Notes: generated by a model not told the origin, from the sequence alone. Shown: positions 9,516-23,655, numbered from the stretch's first letter. The stretch: 64,000 nucleotides of DNA from the human T2T-CHM13v2.0 reference genome, Homo sapiens (GCA_009914755.4 CP068257.2:25408001-25472000); one strand, 5' to 3'. Made by a program: numbers and translations.

Positions 9516-11828
9516 ACAAAAGTATTGCTTATAAGAGTTCTTTAGGTCTAGCCCAAGTGTGATTTTTTATGGGTTTACTGTCAAAATTTCTGAGTCACTT
9601 AAAAAAAGAATGTTCTCAGGTCAAAAGCAGAGACATTATTTTTGTAAGCTTTATTAATTGCTTTAAATGATTCAATGTTTTATTTTGCTTCACATTTGTG
9701 ATTTTACCTTACTGTGCAAGTTTTAAAAAATGTTTTTCCAGGAATTTTGAAGTATTTTTCTTTTTATTGCATTATTTGCCTATGTCATATTTTTAAGTGT
9801 TTTTCCAAATGTTCATGCATTCCATAAAGGGGAATTCCCCTTTCATTCCCAGATAACTCTATAATTCTATCTGGGAATCCTGTTTTTTTTTTTTTTTCTC
9901 TCTCTCTCTCTAATATGCACTGGTTGCTCTTTAGTCCAGATATACTGATGTTTTAGTATTTCCTTTATTGCTCTTCAAGTTCAGATCCACTGTTTTTGAA
10001 TTCTATATTTTTCCCTTCCTTAGTTTATTACCTTATTTGTGGGAATATATTCTCAAGTTACTTCTTAGGAAGATATAAATGGAGATAAACTCTCTACTTA
10101 CATGTCTGAAAATATCTGATTTTACCACCTTCATTGGTAGTTTGATTGGGGAGACATTACTTGGTTTTATCAGTCTAGATGTTTTTATGCTGCTTCAACA
10201 AACAGCTCACAAATCTCAATTATTTAACATAAAACTTTATTTTTTAGTAAAGATACATGTCTAGTGCAGATTGGAAATGGAGCTCTGCTCATTATGGTTC
10301 AATTCAGTGGGTTTGGATCTCAACAAATGATTCTGCAATTACCATGGCAGAGAAAAGGAAATACAGTATACTGACTCGGAAAATTCCATTTGAAAGTGAC
10401 ACATTTATCTCATTTATTCTTTATTGGCCAAACAACTCACAGGGCCACCTTTATCAAGGCAGGTAAAAGGGAGGATGACACATCATGCACCTTCTACCTT
10501 GAAGTGATAGATGTGGCTATCACTCATACTTAACTGGCCAACACTACGTTTCCACATTTAATATTAAAGAGGACAAGGAAGTGTAATTCGCCTGCCTAGC
10601 TAGGAGAGGAGAATTAGATCACTTGTGAGTAGTCACTGCACTACAAATTGATTAAAAATAAGTTCATCTTTGATTTTCAAGGCATTATTCTATTGCGTTG
10701 TATCATCCAGTAAACTTTGAGTGCCGTTCTTTTGTATGTGATCTGTTTTACCCAGATAGGGTAAGATTTCAGGATTGTCTTTTTATCTCTGGTGTTGTGA
10801 AACTTGTGATATGACTCAGTGTGAATGTTTTAAAATTTATTTTACTTGGCATTAAGTAGGACTTTTAAGACAGAAAGCTTGCATCCTTCAATTCTGAATA
10901 AATCCTTGAATTATATCTTTGATGATTTTCTCTCCTCATTTCTTTATTCTCTCATTCTAGAACTCATACTAGCTTATGTAAAGAAGAAATAGAGCTCTGA
11001 AAATCTTATATGTGAGATCAGAAAACTGTGACAGCAGAAATTCCTGTAAACTCAGGTGAATGATGAAGCAAAAAAGATATCTGTCTCACAGTTAGTTAAG
11101 TGCCATGAAGAAGAAGTAAATGAATCAGGAGGCAGTATACCATATAGCTTTCTTAGCAAATTCTGTGACTCCATCTTCTCAACATCTCTCTCATCAAAAT
11201 ATTTTAATCCTAATTTTTCTATAATGGGCACAAAAACTGATAAATTATTTTTAAACATAGAAAATAGAAGAAATAAGTTCCATTACTGTATTGAAAATTA
11301 TTGACATAAAATGAGAATGATACATGTTACATTTTAAGTAATTACTTATAAATATATGATCTAAGAATCATATTACATTATGTATTACCTATACCCTGTG
11401 TCAATTAAGATTATCTCAAGTGTAAGTAAAACCAAGCAATAATGGCAGTAGATTAAAGTAAAAAGAAAATTATTATATGCTTAATAAGAAGTCCAGAAGT
11501 GGAGGGGCCTAGAATTGTTTTGGAAGTTTTGCCATAATATCAAAGAACACAGCTCCTTATAGTGTTTCATTTCACCATTATGAGGCTTATGTCTCTAGTG
11601 GATATGAAACATTTATTGTAATGATATTATTTGTATGGGTGCTAGCAATTAGGTGACTTAAAATGACTAATATATTTTCTAGAGGTCAAAATTATAAACT
11701 TATGCCTGGGATCTTCACCTTAAACAAATAAATGAGCCAATTTTGCTGGGACATATATTATTCCAGACCAACTGAAGCCTAATTAAATACAATGCTTTGT
11801 CAGTACTTAGTTCTAAGATGTGTTTGGA

Positions 11829-12274
<446 letters not shown>

Positions 12275-13559
12275 CTAACCCAAAGGTGACAGGTTCTGTC
12301 CTAAACATCAAATGCCTTGAAGAAAGTCCAGTTTCACTGTGTTCCAGGAATCAATGCCAAGAACAGAAGCCAAGTACAGTTGGATTGACATGAAAGAAAT
12401 TCTATTCTTAGGGTGACTTAGCAGCAAGAGTCAAGATCCATAGAACCTGGAATAGAATAAAGTGCCAGAGATAGGGTGGCAAAAGTTACAGAATACATCT
12501 GCCAAGAAAAAAGAGACTGTCTTTCATTTTTGTAAGGAATCATTTTCCCCACTTTTGCTTCTATTTGTTTAACAACAAAATGAACGTAATGGTCCTTTAG
12601 CCTTTAATTTTAGAACTAAAAGAAGATAAATTAAGCCATAAGACAAAACCAGATTAAGAATCACCACAGTGGAAAGGGATAATCAGAAGGTTAAATAATA
12701 TGTTCTTTGCACTTAAGGGCAATACTTTGTTTTATTAATGTATTTATATCTATTTCTATCCCAAAGTATGTTGTATTGTGCCCATTTCCCTTTTACCAGG
12801 TACATGTGTGGACTTTTTGAGTGGTATTACCAAAGACTAGTTTATTAAAATGTTACTTAAGATGTTGGCAGTATTTTAGAAATCTGAAACCTATTTCAGA
12901 ATATAAAGTTGTCAAAGGAGCACTAAGTAAGATGAAGGAACATGGATTTTTTTTACCTGCTTTTGTTATGAACTGGTTATGTATATTTTGGCAACTGTGT
13001 ACACTCCCTAGCCCTTTTCAGCTGTAATGTGATGGCTTTGGACCAGATGGCTCTAAACTCTTTCCAGTTCCAACAGCAATGAATATGCTTAGGCTTCCTC
13101 TTGGTTCACATTCCACCAGGCAACATGGGCGTGCAGCACATTTAACTTTCCTCTTCAGCCTGGCATAAGCCATAGCTTTTGGGGAAGAATGAAAGCAGCT
13201 AGTTTTTACCCCACTCCTTCCTTCTTACTTCATATGTTTTCATTCCTAGAATAATTTCATGCATTTCTAAATTTTGCTTCAACAAGTCACGGCCAGCACT
13301 TCACCTGAAACAGCAGAGAGCACCCCACAGTAAACAAAAATCACATCTATACCCACCTGCTTATGCTGCAGCTGGCTGTTACCTGCAAATGTCATCTTCT
13401 GTCATGTAGGTTGAACCACACAGCCCAATATAAAACCAGCTGACAGAAGTGCGTAGGACCATAACAGCAAAGCCAAAAAATCCCACCCAACACTTTCCCA
13501 GATGAGAAGAAACCAGCATAAGAATTCTGCCTCTGTGAAAAACCTCAATGTTGTGACAC

Positions 13560-16500
13560 CATCAAAGGTTCACTCTAGCTCCCCAGTAAGTTTCTAGCCA
13601 AAATGGAGGCACAGAGGTGACAGATAGAGAGTTCAAAGCATGGATTGCAGGGAATCGCAACAAGATCCAGGGCAAGGTTGAAAATCAACACAAAGAAACT
13701 TCTAAAGCAATCCAGGAAATAAAAGAAGAGATAAACACTTAAAAAAAAATCAATCAGAGCTACTGGAACTGAAAACCTCACTTAGGGAATTTCAAAATAT
13801 AATTGAAAGCTTTATCAGTGGACTAGACCAAGCAGAAGAGCTTGAAAATCAGTCTTTCAAACTAAACCAAACAAAAATAAAGAAAAAAGAATTTTAAAAA
13901 ATGAACCAAGTCTTCGAGAAAAATGGGATTATGTAAGGTGACCAAATCTATAAGTTACTGGTATTCCTGAGAGAGAAGCACCGAAAAGTAAACAACCCAG
14001 AAAATATACTTGAGGGAATAATTCAAGAAAATTTCCCTAAGCTGGCTAGAGGGGTAGACATGCAAATACAAGAAATCCAGAGAACAACTGTGAGTTACTA
14101 TACAAAATGAACATCATCAAGACCTGTAGTCACCAGGCTAAGATCAGTCCTAAAAAAAAAATTCTTAAAGGCAGCTAAAAAAATGGTAAGATCACATACA
14201 AGGCCATCCAATCAGGCTAACAGCATACCTCTCAGCAGAAACCCTATAAGCCAGAAGAGACCGAGGACCTATTTTCAGCATTCTCAAAGAAAAGGAGCTT
14301 CAACGAATAATTTCATACCCCACCAAAGCTTCATAAGTGGATAAATGAATTCTTTTTTAGACAAGTAATCAATAAGGAAATTCATTACAACTCAACTAGC
14401 CTTACAAGAGAGTCGTAAGGGAGTTCTAAACATGGAGAGAAAAGACTTATGCCTGTTTCCACAAATCACACCTAACTACCTAGGCCTTTTAAAGCATCTA
14501 CACAATACAAACTACAAAACAACCAGCTAACAACTTCATGATAGAATAAAAACCTCACTTATCAATATTAACTTTGAACATAAATGATCTTAATGCCCCA
14601 TTTAAAAGGCACAGAGGGTCAAGTTGAATAATAAAACAAGATGTATCTGTCTACCATCTTCAAGGAGTACATCTCTCACATAATGAAATCTATAGACTCA
14701 AAGGGTTAGAGAAAGATCTATCATACAAACAGAAAACAAACAATAAGCAGGAGCCACTATTCTTATATCAGATAAAATAGACTTTAAACAAACAACAGTA
14801 ACAAAGAACAAAATATTATCAAAAATGTTCAATCTAACAAGATGAGTTAACTATCTGAAATATATATGCACCTAACATCGGAGCACCCAGATACACAAAA
14901 CAAGTTCTTCCAGAGCTACAAAAAGACTTGGAGAGCCACACAGGAATAGTGGGGGACTTCAATACTCCACTGATAGTGTTAGATCACTTAGACAGAAAAC
15001 TAAAAAAGCTATTCTGGGCTTGCATTTTACACTTGAACAATTGGACCTATTAAACATCTACAGAACACTCCACCCATCAACCATAGAATGTACCTTCTTT
15101 TCATCTGTTCATGGAACGTATTCTAAGATTGATGATATGCTCAACCAAGAAGGAAGTGTCAAATCAAAAAAAAAATCATACCAACCGTACTTTCAGACCA
15201 CAGTGAAATAAAAATACAAATCAATACCAAGAAGATCTCTTAAAACCACACAGTTACATGGAAATTGAACAACTTGTTCCTGCTCCTGGATGACTTTTGG
15301 GCAAGCAATGAAGTTAAGGCAGCAATTAAAAACAATCTTTAAAATAAATGAAAACACAGACACAACATACCAAAATCTCTGGAATGCAGCTAAAATATTA
15401 AGAGGAAAGCTTATAATACTAAATGTCTACATCAAGAAGTTAGATCTCGAATTAGCAATCTAACATCACAGCTGGAGGAACTTAAAAAAAGAACAAACTA
15501 ACCCTAAAGGTATTAGCGAAAACAAATAACTGAAATGAGATCAGAACTGAAAAAAGTTGAAACCCCAAAATCCATACAAAACATCAATGAAACCAAAAGC
15601 TGCTTATTTGAAAGGATAAACAAGATTGATAGACAGCTAGCTAGATTAATTAAGAAAAGTAGAGAGAGGATCCAAATAAGCATAATCAAAAAGAACAAAG
15701 GTGACATTACAACCAAGCCCACGGAAATAAAAAAATATTCCCAGAGACTATTATGAACACCTCTATGCACACAAACTAGAAAATCTAGAGGAAATGGACA
15801 AATTTCTGGAAATATACAACCTTCCAAGACTGAGGCAGGGAGAAATTGAAACTCTGAACAGACCAATATAAAGTTACAAAATTGAATCAATAGTTTAAAA
15901 AAAAAAACCTTCCAATCAAAAAGAGCCCTAGACCAGATGGATTTCAGCTGAATTCTACCAGATTTACAAAGAACAGGTAGCAATCCTACTGAAACTATTC
16001 CAAAAAACCGAGGAAGAGAGACTTCTCCCCAACTTATTCAGTGAAGCCAGAATCACATTGATACCAAAATCGGGCAAAGACAAAACAAAAAAGAGAAAGG
16101 CACAGGCCAGTAGTCCCTGATTAACATAGATGAAAAATCTTCAAGAAAATACTAGCTGACTAAATCCTGCAGCACATCAAAAGTTAATTCATTGTGATGA
16201 AGTAGGCTTGATTCCTCAGAGCTGGTTCAATATGTGCAAATAAATAAATGTGATTCACCACACAAACAGAATTTTAAAAAAATATTATCATGTAAATAGA
16301 TGTAAGAAAACTTTTGATAAAATCCAATACCACTTTATGATAAAAACCCTCAACAAATTAGGCATCATAGGAACATACCTCAAAATAGTAAGAGCTTGTA
16401 TAACATTCCACAACCAACATCATAGTGAAAGGGCAAAAGATGGAAGAATTTTATGTAAGAATTGGAACAAGTCAAAGATACTTGCTCTTTCCAGTCATAT

Positions 16501-18575
16501 TCAACAGAGTACTGGAAGTCCTTGCCAGATCGTTCAGGCAAAAGATAGAAAAAAAGGTACCCTGATAGAAAAAGTAGAAGTCAAAAGATCTCTCTTCACT
16601 GATGACATAATTCTATATCTAGAAAATCCCAAATACTCCACTAAAAGACCTCTAGAACTGATAAATGACTTCAGTAGGGTTTTAGGATCCAAAGTAAATG
16701 CAGAAAAATCAGTAGCATTTCTATACACCAATAATGCTCAACCTTAGAGCCAAATCGATAACACAATTTCATTTACAATAGCCACACACTCACCCAAAAT
16801 AAAATACCTAGGAATACATATAATCAAGGTGGTGGAAAATCTTTACAAGGGAAACTACAAACACTGCTGAAGGAAATCATAGATGATACAAACAAATGGA
16901 AAAACATCTCATACTCATTAATTGGAAGAATCATTATGGTTAAAATGGCCATACTGCCCAAAGCAATCTACAGATTCAAGGCTATTTCCATCAAACTACC
17001 AATATCATTTTTCACAGAATTGGAAAAAAATTTTCTAAAATTCATATGGAACCAAAAAAGAGCCCAAATAGCCAAAGCAATTCTAAGAAAGAAAAACAAA
17101 GATGGAGGCATCACACTACCTGACTTCAAAAAATAGTTTATGGTTACAGTAACCCAAACAGCATGGTATTGGTACAAAAACAGACACATAGACCAATGAA
17201 CATAATAAGAACCCATAAGTGAAGCCACACACCTACAAGCATCTGATCTTCAATGATTTTGACAATAACAGGCAATAGGAAAAGAACTCTCTTTGAATAA
17301 GTAGTGCTGGAAAAACTGTCTAGCCATATGCAAAGAATAAAGCTTGACTCCCGTATTTCACAATATATAAAAATTAATACAAGATAAATTAGAGACTTAA
17401 CTATAAAACCAAAAACTATAAAATCCTAGAAAAGAATTTAGAAAAAACCATTCTGGGCACTGGTCTTGGCATTCATGACTAACACCCCAGAAGCAATTGC
17501 AACAAAAACAAAAATAGACAAGTGGGACCTAATTAAACTAAAGAACTTCTGCACATCAAAAGAAACTATCAACAGAGTAAAAAAACAACCTACAGAATGG
17601 GAGAAAATATTTGTAAACTATGCATCCAGCAATGGTCTTATATAAAAAACCTATAAGGAACTTAAATAAATAAGCAAAAAACAAACAGTCTCATTAAAAA
17701 ATAAACAAAAGAGATGAACAGACACATCTCGAAAGAAGACATACATGTGGCCAGGAAATATATAAAATAATTCTCAACAGCTCTAGTCATCAGAGGAAGA
17801 CAATCAAAACCACAATGTGATACCTACCATCTCACAGCAGTCTGAGTGGCTACTATTAAAAAGTCAAAAAATAGCACATGTTGGTCAAGCTGTGGAGACA
17901 AGGAATTGCTCATACACTCTTGGTGGAAATGTAAATTAATTCAGCCACTGTGGAAAGCAGTTTGGAGTTTTCTCACTGTGGAAAGCAGTTTGGAGTTTTC
18001 TCAAAGAACTTAAAACAGAACTTAAAACCATTCAACCTAGCAATCCCATTACTGGGTATATGCTCAAAGGAAAATAAATGTTCTACCAGAAAAACACACG
18101 TCTCAGATGTTCATTGTAACACTATTCACAATAGCAAAGACATACAATTAACCTAGGTTCCCATCACCATTGGGCCGGATAAATGTGGTACATATATATC
18201 ATGGAATACTGCACTGCCATATAAAAGAATGATATTATTTTTTGCAGCAACATGGATGCAGCTGGAGACCATCATCCTGAGCAAATTAATGCAGGGACAG
18301 AAAACCATACACTGCATGTTCTCACTTATAAATGGGAACTAAGCATTGAGTACAGATGAACATAAAGATGGGAACAACAGATTCTTGGGGCTATTTGAGG
18401 GGAGGGTGGGGGGAGGGTGAGTGTTGAAAAGCTATCTATCAGTCGCCATGCTCACTGCCTGCGTGATGGGATCACTCATACAGCAAACCTCAGTGACATG
18501 CAATTTGCCCATGTAACAAACCTGAACATGTACTCCCTAAAACTAAAATGAGTTGAAAAAAAATTTAAGATAGTT
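13560..18575 (+). mobile_element. 5'-truncated old LINE-1 (L1PB/L1MA-like), ~5 kb: ORF1 remnant (~13590-14400), ORF2 EN/RT/C-terminal remnants (~14480-18300) and 3'UTR. Contains a 28-bp tandem duplication at 17948-18003.
   Basis: +strand ORFs match L1 ORF2: 15535-15756 ([17 protein letters not shown]), 16250-16747 (RT: FDKIQYHFMIKTLNKLGI..SLFTDDIILYLENP..SKVNAEKSVAFLYTNN), 16936-17136 ([16 protein letters not shown]). The 3' end is ...cccatgtaacaaacctgaacatgtactccctaaaactaaaatgagttgaaaaaaaa. Confidence 0.9.
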
Positions 18576-19814
18576 CTGAGAAATTCCCAGCAAACCTTTG
18601 GCTTGCTTGTTGGGTTTGTGAGTCTACACCCACTTTCTTTTTTACCTCTTTTACTTATTTCCCCTTTCTTCTCCAGAATGGTTTAGATGAACATATTCTG
18701 TCATATTCTATTTGCTTTTTCTTCAGTATTATACAACTTTTACACACATTAGACTGCATACCAAAGATATGTAAATATAGATTCTTCAACTATACACTTG
18801 TTCCATCATGTCCCAAATAAACCCATTTCTAAAAGCATTAACAAACTGGAATTTATCTGGAAGAGCTAATACAGATGGTTCTCTATTTTTCAAGTACAGT
18901 GAATTTTCTCTGGCAGTGAGGAATGGGAACATCCAACATCTGAGCTCATGGTGGCTCAGGCCACATGGAAGCTGCTGCCATGTTGCCTTGTCATCTGCAG
19001 CTTGGCATCACTTAATGGGTTCTTCATTTCTCTCTCATTTTGTGGGCACACTTCAGCAGTAGCTCAAGACACTCAACAGTTTGTATTCTACATTCATTTA
19101 TAATTGATCTTTGTAAAACAAATATAAGAAATTTAAGACCAGCTAATTGGCTGGTCTTAAAATGGGGAGATTATTCTGGATGATTCTGCTGGGCCCAATA
19201 TAATCAGAAGGATCCTTAAAAGTGAAAGAGGGAAGCAAAAGAAAAATCAGAGTTATGCAAAGTGAATAGGATTTGACCTGCTGTTGCTGGCTTTAAAAAT
19301 GGAGGAAGGCACCATGATCAAAGGAATACAGCAGCCTCTAGATGCAGAAAAAGAGAAGGAATCACATTCTCTTCTAGGACTTCCAGGAAGAATGCAGTCC
19401 TGCCAACAGTTTCTTTTTAGCCTAGTGATATCCAAGCCAGACTTCTGACCTGCAGAACTAGAAGATAATAAACATGTGTTATTCCAAGCCACTAAATTTG
19501 TGGTGATTTTTCACCACTGCAATGAAAAACTAAAATAGCATCATATGATTAGTGTCAATGAGAGGTTAAAACCAGCCAAAAGATGGAGAGACAATGTATG
19601 AGTACTTTTTTGAACTTAAAAGCACTATTGAAATAGAAGTCCATTCTTTACTGTAAAAAAGTAAAAACAACAAAAAGGATAATAATACTTAGTACTTATC
19701 TCATAAAGTTGTAATAAACATTAAGTATTCCCCTTTCTCTTGAATATAAAACAAATATATAATAGGTCAGGTGTGTGTATGTTTATATATATAAATATAT
19801 AATATATAAAAATA

Positions 19815-19960
19815 TGTTTATAAATATATAAAAATATATGTTTATAAATATATAAAAATATATGTTTATAAATATATAAAAATATATGTCTATAAATATA
19901 TAAAAATATATGTCTATAAATATATAAAAATATATGTTTATAAATATATAAAAATATATA
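19815..19960. repeat. AT-rich tandem repeat (minisatellite): ~6 copies of a 24-bp unit TTTATAAATATATAAAAATATATG. It sits inside a larger AT-rich tract at ~19740-20040.
   Basis: The unit is directly visible. Two copies have TCT instead of TTT. The 82-aa minus-strand ORF 19721-19969 (KHIFLYIY repeated) is an artefact of the 24-bp (8-codon) periodicity. Confidence 0.9.
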
Positions 19961-20461
19961 TAAATACATATAAAATATATAATATTTATGAATATATAAA
20001 TATATAAATAAACAAGTATATACAGATATATAATTCAGTATTCAATTAGGAAAGCAGAAAAATTCCACATAAATATAATATTGAACACTAATTACACAGG
20101 TAAGGGAAGAACTGGGAAGCCAAACAGGAAATGCTGAGACACTCTAGAGATTAACAAGAGCGGGAAGTCACCAGTACCCCCAGGGCTAGAAGGGCAACAG
20201 AAGGAAGTGGCATTCCCAAACCCCAGATTCTGGTCATCCCACGGAGGCCATACCCTCCATGGGTGCTGGTGTGTGGTGCAGACTGTGTACCAAGCAAGAG
20301 CTGGAGTTTGAAAGGAGATGCTGCTGTCCAAGAGAAAGAGAAGGAGAATTGTCCTGTCTTCATCTTTCCTTCCATCATCTAATCTCACATCAGTGCCACC
20401 CGTTGGTTGAATCCAGCAAGAAACCAGCTGAAGTAAGTGCCTGGGAAGTGTAGCCCTCCTG

Positions 20462-20940
20462 TCAAGAAAATGTGGCACATATACACCATGGAATACTATG
20501 CAGCCATAAAAAATGATGAGTTCATGTCCTTTGTAGGGACATGGATGAAATTGGAAAGCATCATTCTCAGTAAACTATCACAAGAACAAAAAACCAAACA
20601 CCGCATATTCTCACTCATAGGTGGGAATTGAACAATGAGATCACATGGACACAGGAAGGGGAATATCACACTCTGGGGACTGTTGTGGGGTGGGGGGACG
20701 GGGGAGGGATAGCATCGGGAGATATACCTAATGCTAGATGACGAGTTAGTGGGTGCAGCGCACGAGCATGGCACATGTATACATATGTAACTAACCTGCA
20801 CAATGTGCACATGTACCCTAAAACTTAAAGTATAATTAAAAAAAAAAAAAGAAAAGAAAATTGCACCAGGAACAAAAAAAAAATAAGAAAAAAATAAAAA
20901 AATAAAAAATAAAAAGGCACATCAGTTTAGAAAAAAAAAA
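20462..20940 (+). mobile_element. Young LINE-1 (L1PA2-4/L1HS-like) 3'-terminal fragment (~380 bp: ORF2 C-terminus plus 3'UTR) with a ~100-bp A-rich tail.
   Basis: Near-consensus match: aaaatgtggcacatatacaccatggaatactatgcagccataaaaaatgatgagttcatgtcctttgtagggacatggatgaaattggaa...gggtgcagcgcacgagcatggcacatgtatacatatgtaactaacctgcacaatgtgcacatgtaccctaaaacttaaagtataat. ORF 20437-20631 translates to MWHIYTMEYYAAIKNDEFMSFVGTWMKLESIILSKLSQEQKTKHRIFSLIGGN. Confidence 0.9.
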
Positions 20941-20949
20941 AAAGAGGGA

Positions 20950-21130
20950 ATAGGGAGTTACTGTTTAACATGTACAGAGTTTTAGTACAGGATGATGAAA
21001 AACCCTGGAGATGTATAGTGGCGATGATCAATGTGAATGTACTCAATGCCTCTGAACTGTACACTTAACCATGCTTAAAATGGTACTTTTTATGTTATGT
21101 ATATTTTACCACAATAAAAATCAATTAAAA
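20950..21130 (+). mobile_element. Older L1 (L1M-type) 3'-end fragment.
   Basis: ..ctgaactgtacacttaaccatgcttaaaatggtactttttatgttatgtatattttaccacaataaaaatcaattaaaaaaaa resembles the 3' terminus of L1MA/L1MB-type elements. Family assignment is from memory. Confidence 0.55.
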
Positions 21131-22040
21131 AAAAACCAAAGGGAAGCAGGGGAAAGGAGAGAAATAAGAGAGAAAGAAAAAAAGTGGGTACAAAAATAGT
21201 CCTTACATATTGCCTTGTTGTGAGGATTAAACTATCTGAATTGTGTGAAGCACTAATATGGCACTCATTAGCGTGTATTCAGTTGATGTTTGCTATTGTT
21301 ATTATTGCCTTAGCTCTAATTACACAATTAAAGTAATGAAAGTGATGCTTAAAACTTCTCACATAACCTAGGATTGTAAACCATTCTAAATGCTTTCCAA
21401 TCTATTATAGTTTCCTCTAGAGGGACATTATCATGTGCTGAGCTTTATTAGGCAACAAAACATTGCTGAAGGGTACACCAGAGACAACTTGATGAACGAG
21501 ATACAAAGCTAGCGTAATGTGACAAGTGCAAACAAATCTTCCCCTCACTCAGCTCTATCATCTTGCTTTGATCACATGTTGGTGAACTCTACAAATAACT
21601 TTTAAATTATCTTTTGAGAAAATTTAATAATCGTGCTTGGGCTGTCTCCTGAGTTTATTTAAGAAACTTATCTACTATATTGTCAGCATGGAAAACTTAA
21701 TATCTTGCCAACTAAAATATACTTGTAAGTCATTGGTAAAGTGTTTAATTTCTGTCTTGTTGCATGTCTGTGTTTGGTGTTTGCAGTTAAAAAGACTCCT
21801 ACATAGTCTTTAATTTCATTTCACTTTTCATCCTTTTAAGACATCTACATCATGTCTGAGATTCTAGCTTATTTTAGGTCATGGAAAAATTCCTGTATGT
21901 GTATACTGAACAGACTCTCATGTTTATCCTTCTGTATTTTTGCTGAGCTCTAGAACCATATTTAGTTACTCAGTGGGGATTTCTACTCAGTTTTCCAACA
22001 GTAAATCATGCTTACAAGGCAACACATCATTGTTAAGCAC

Positions 22041-22147
22041 AAATCTTCTGCTTTTGACCATGGCACATGTTTGCCTATGTAACAAACCTGCACATTCTGC
22101 ACATGTATCCTGGAACGTAAAGTAAAAAGAAAAATCTTCTGCTTTTG
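22041..22147 (+). mobile_element. Miniature L1 insertion: ~77-bp L1 3'UTR end plus short A-tail (22057-22133) flanked by perfect 16-bp target-site duplications AAATCTTCTGCTTTTG (22041-22056 and 22132-22147).
   Basis: accatggcacatgtttgcctatgtaacaaacctgcacattctgcacatgtatcctggaacgtaaagtaaaaagaaaaa matches the last ~75 nt of the L1 3'UTR. It is bracketed by identical aaatcttctgcttttg copies. Confidence 0.85.
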
Positions 22148-23350
22148 CTCCTGTAATTTATATCTTGGTGAATGAAATCATCTTCCCCCTCCTAAAATCA
22201 GAAAGAGTCATAATAATGTCCCCCACTCACTTCCTCTTTTTCTTTCTCCTGACCCCATCCAAACAGTCAGTACATTGTGAATCCACCTTGTTCAAAAGTC
22301 TCCAATCTACTTCATCTTCTCATTTCCACAACCACTGTCTTAGTTCACTCTCATGCCACCCGTTACCCAGCAGACTCCCTAAGATATTGATCTTATCTCC
22401 TTGCTTCCAACATGACCCTTTTCCCATCTAGTCTCTAGTGTACAATTAGAATATTTTCACACACACACAATTACAACTTTTCCAAATTTAGAAGTATTTG
22501 CTTGTTTCCTATGGTTTCTAGTTAAATTTCAAAATATTAGGCTAATATGCAATGCTGATGAAATTTGTCATTGATGAACTCTATAGCATTATATCCTGTA
22601 TGTACGATTTATAGCAACAATATGAAATTACTTTTATTACTCTAAGTAGCATCCCTTCCTCAAGAATGTCTTTTCTGCAAGAGCTATCTTACTTAGATGC
22701 TTTTTTTCCTTGAATATTCCTATCACTGCAATCATCAGACAGTGCTTTCTTAGTTTTTACATGTGTGCATCTTACTTATTTGACTATAAGCTATTTAGAG
22801 GCAAATACCATGGTTCTAGATGTTTCTATTGCAAGTACCTCAAACTATGGTATCCAATATGGTAGTCACTAGTCACATGTCTGTTGAGAACTTGAAATGT
22901 GGCTGGCCCAAGTTGAAAGGTGATATAAGGGCAAACTACCCACCAGATTTTGAAGACCCAATATGCAAAATTAAAAAATATATTATTTTTATATTTGATT
23001 GCATGTTAAAATAATATTTGGGGCATATTAGATTAATGTTATTGCTAAAATTAATTTCATCTGTTCTTACTTTTTTATGGCTCCTACAAAATTTAAATGA
23101 CATACGTGGCTGACATTTGTGATTCTCATTAAATGTCTATGAGATGGCACTGTCACAGAATAGAACAGGATCAAGAAGCATTCACAAGTGAAAACAGGCC
23201 TTTGAAGGAACACTCTGGAAAAAGTCTAGGCATTTAAACAAGATCGAGAGTGCAAACTAAAGTAGAAAAGAAAAAGAAAAATAGACCACATACTCAGCTT
23301 TGCAGTTGAGATTGAGTCGTCTAGGAAGGAGCAGCTAGAAGTCCACATAA

Positions 23351-23655
<305 letters not shown>

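Noticed and set aside
15513-15983. 156-aa minus-strand ORF inside the L1
   Set aside because: It is antisense to a well-matching +strand L1 ORF2 segment ([17 protein letters not shown]). It is hydrophobic and low-complexity ([19 protein letters not shown]) and is a chance antisense ORF.
19721-19969. 82-aa minus-strand ORF with repeated KHIFLYIY octapeptide, and the question of whether the 24-bp array could be CRISPR-like
   Set aside because: The ORF is an artefact of the 24-bp (8-codon) AT-rich tandem repeat. The units are contiguous with no unique spacers, and the context is primate DNA, so it is not a CRISPR array.
20092-20478. 128-aa minus-strand ORF between the AT minisatellite and the young L1 fragment
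   Set aside because: It is proline- and leucine-rich with no domain resemblance. The region may be an old LTR or unclassified repeat, and I could not assign it. There is no evidence of coding.
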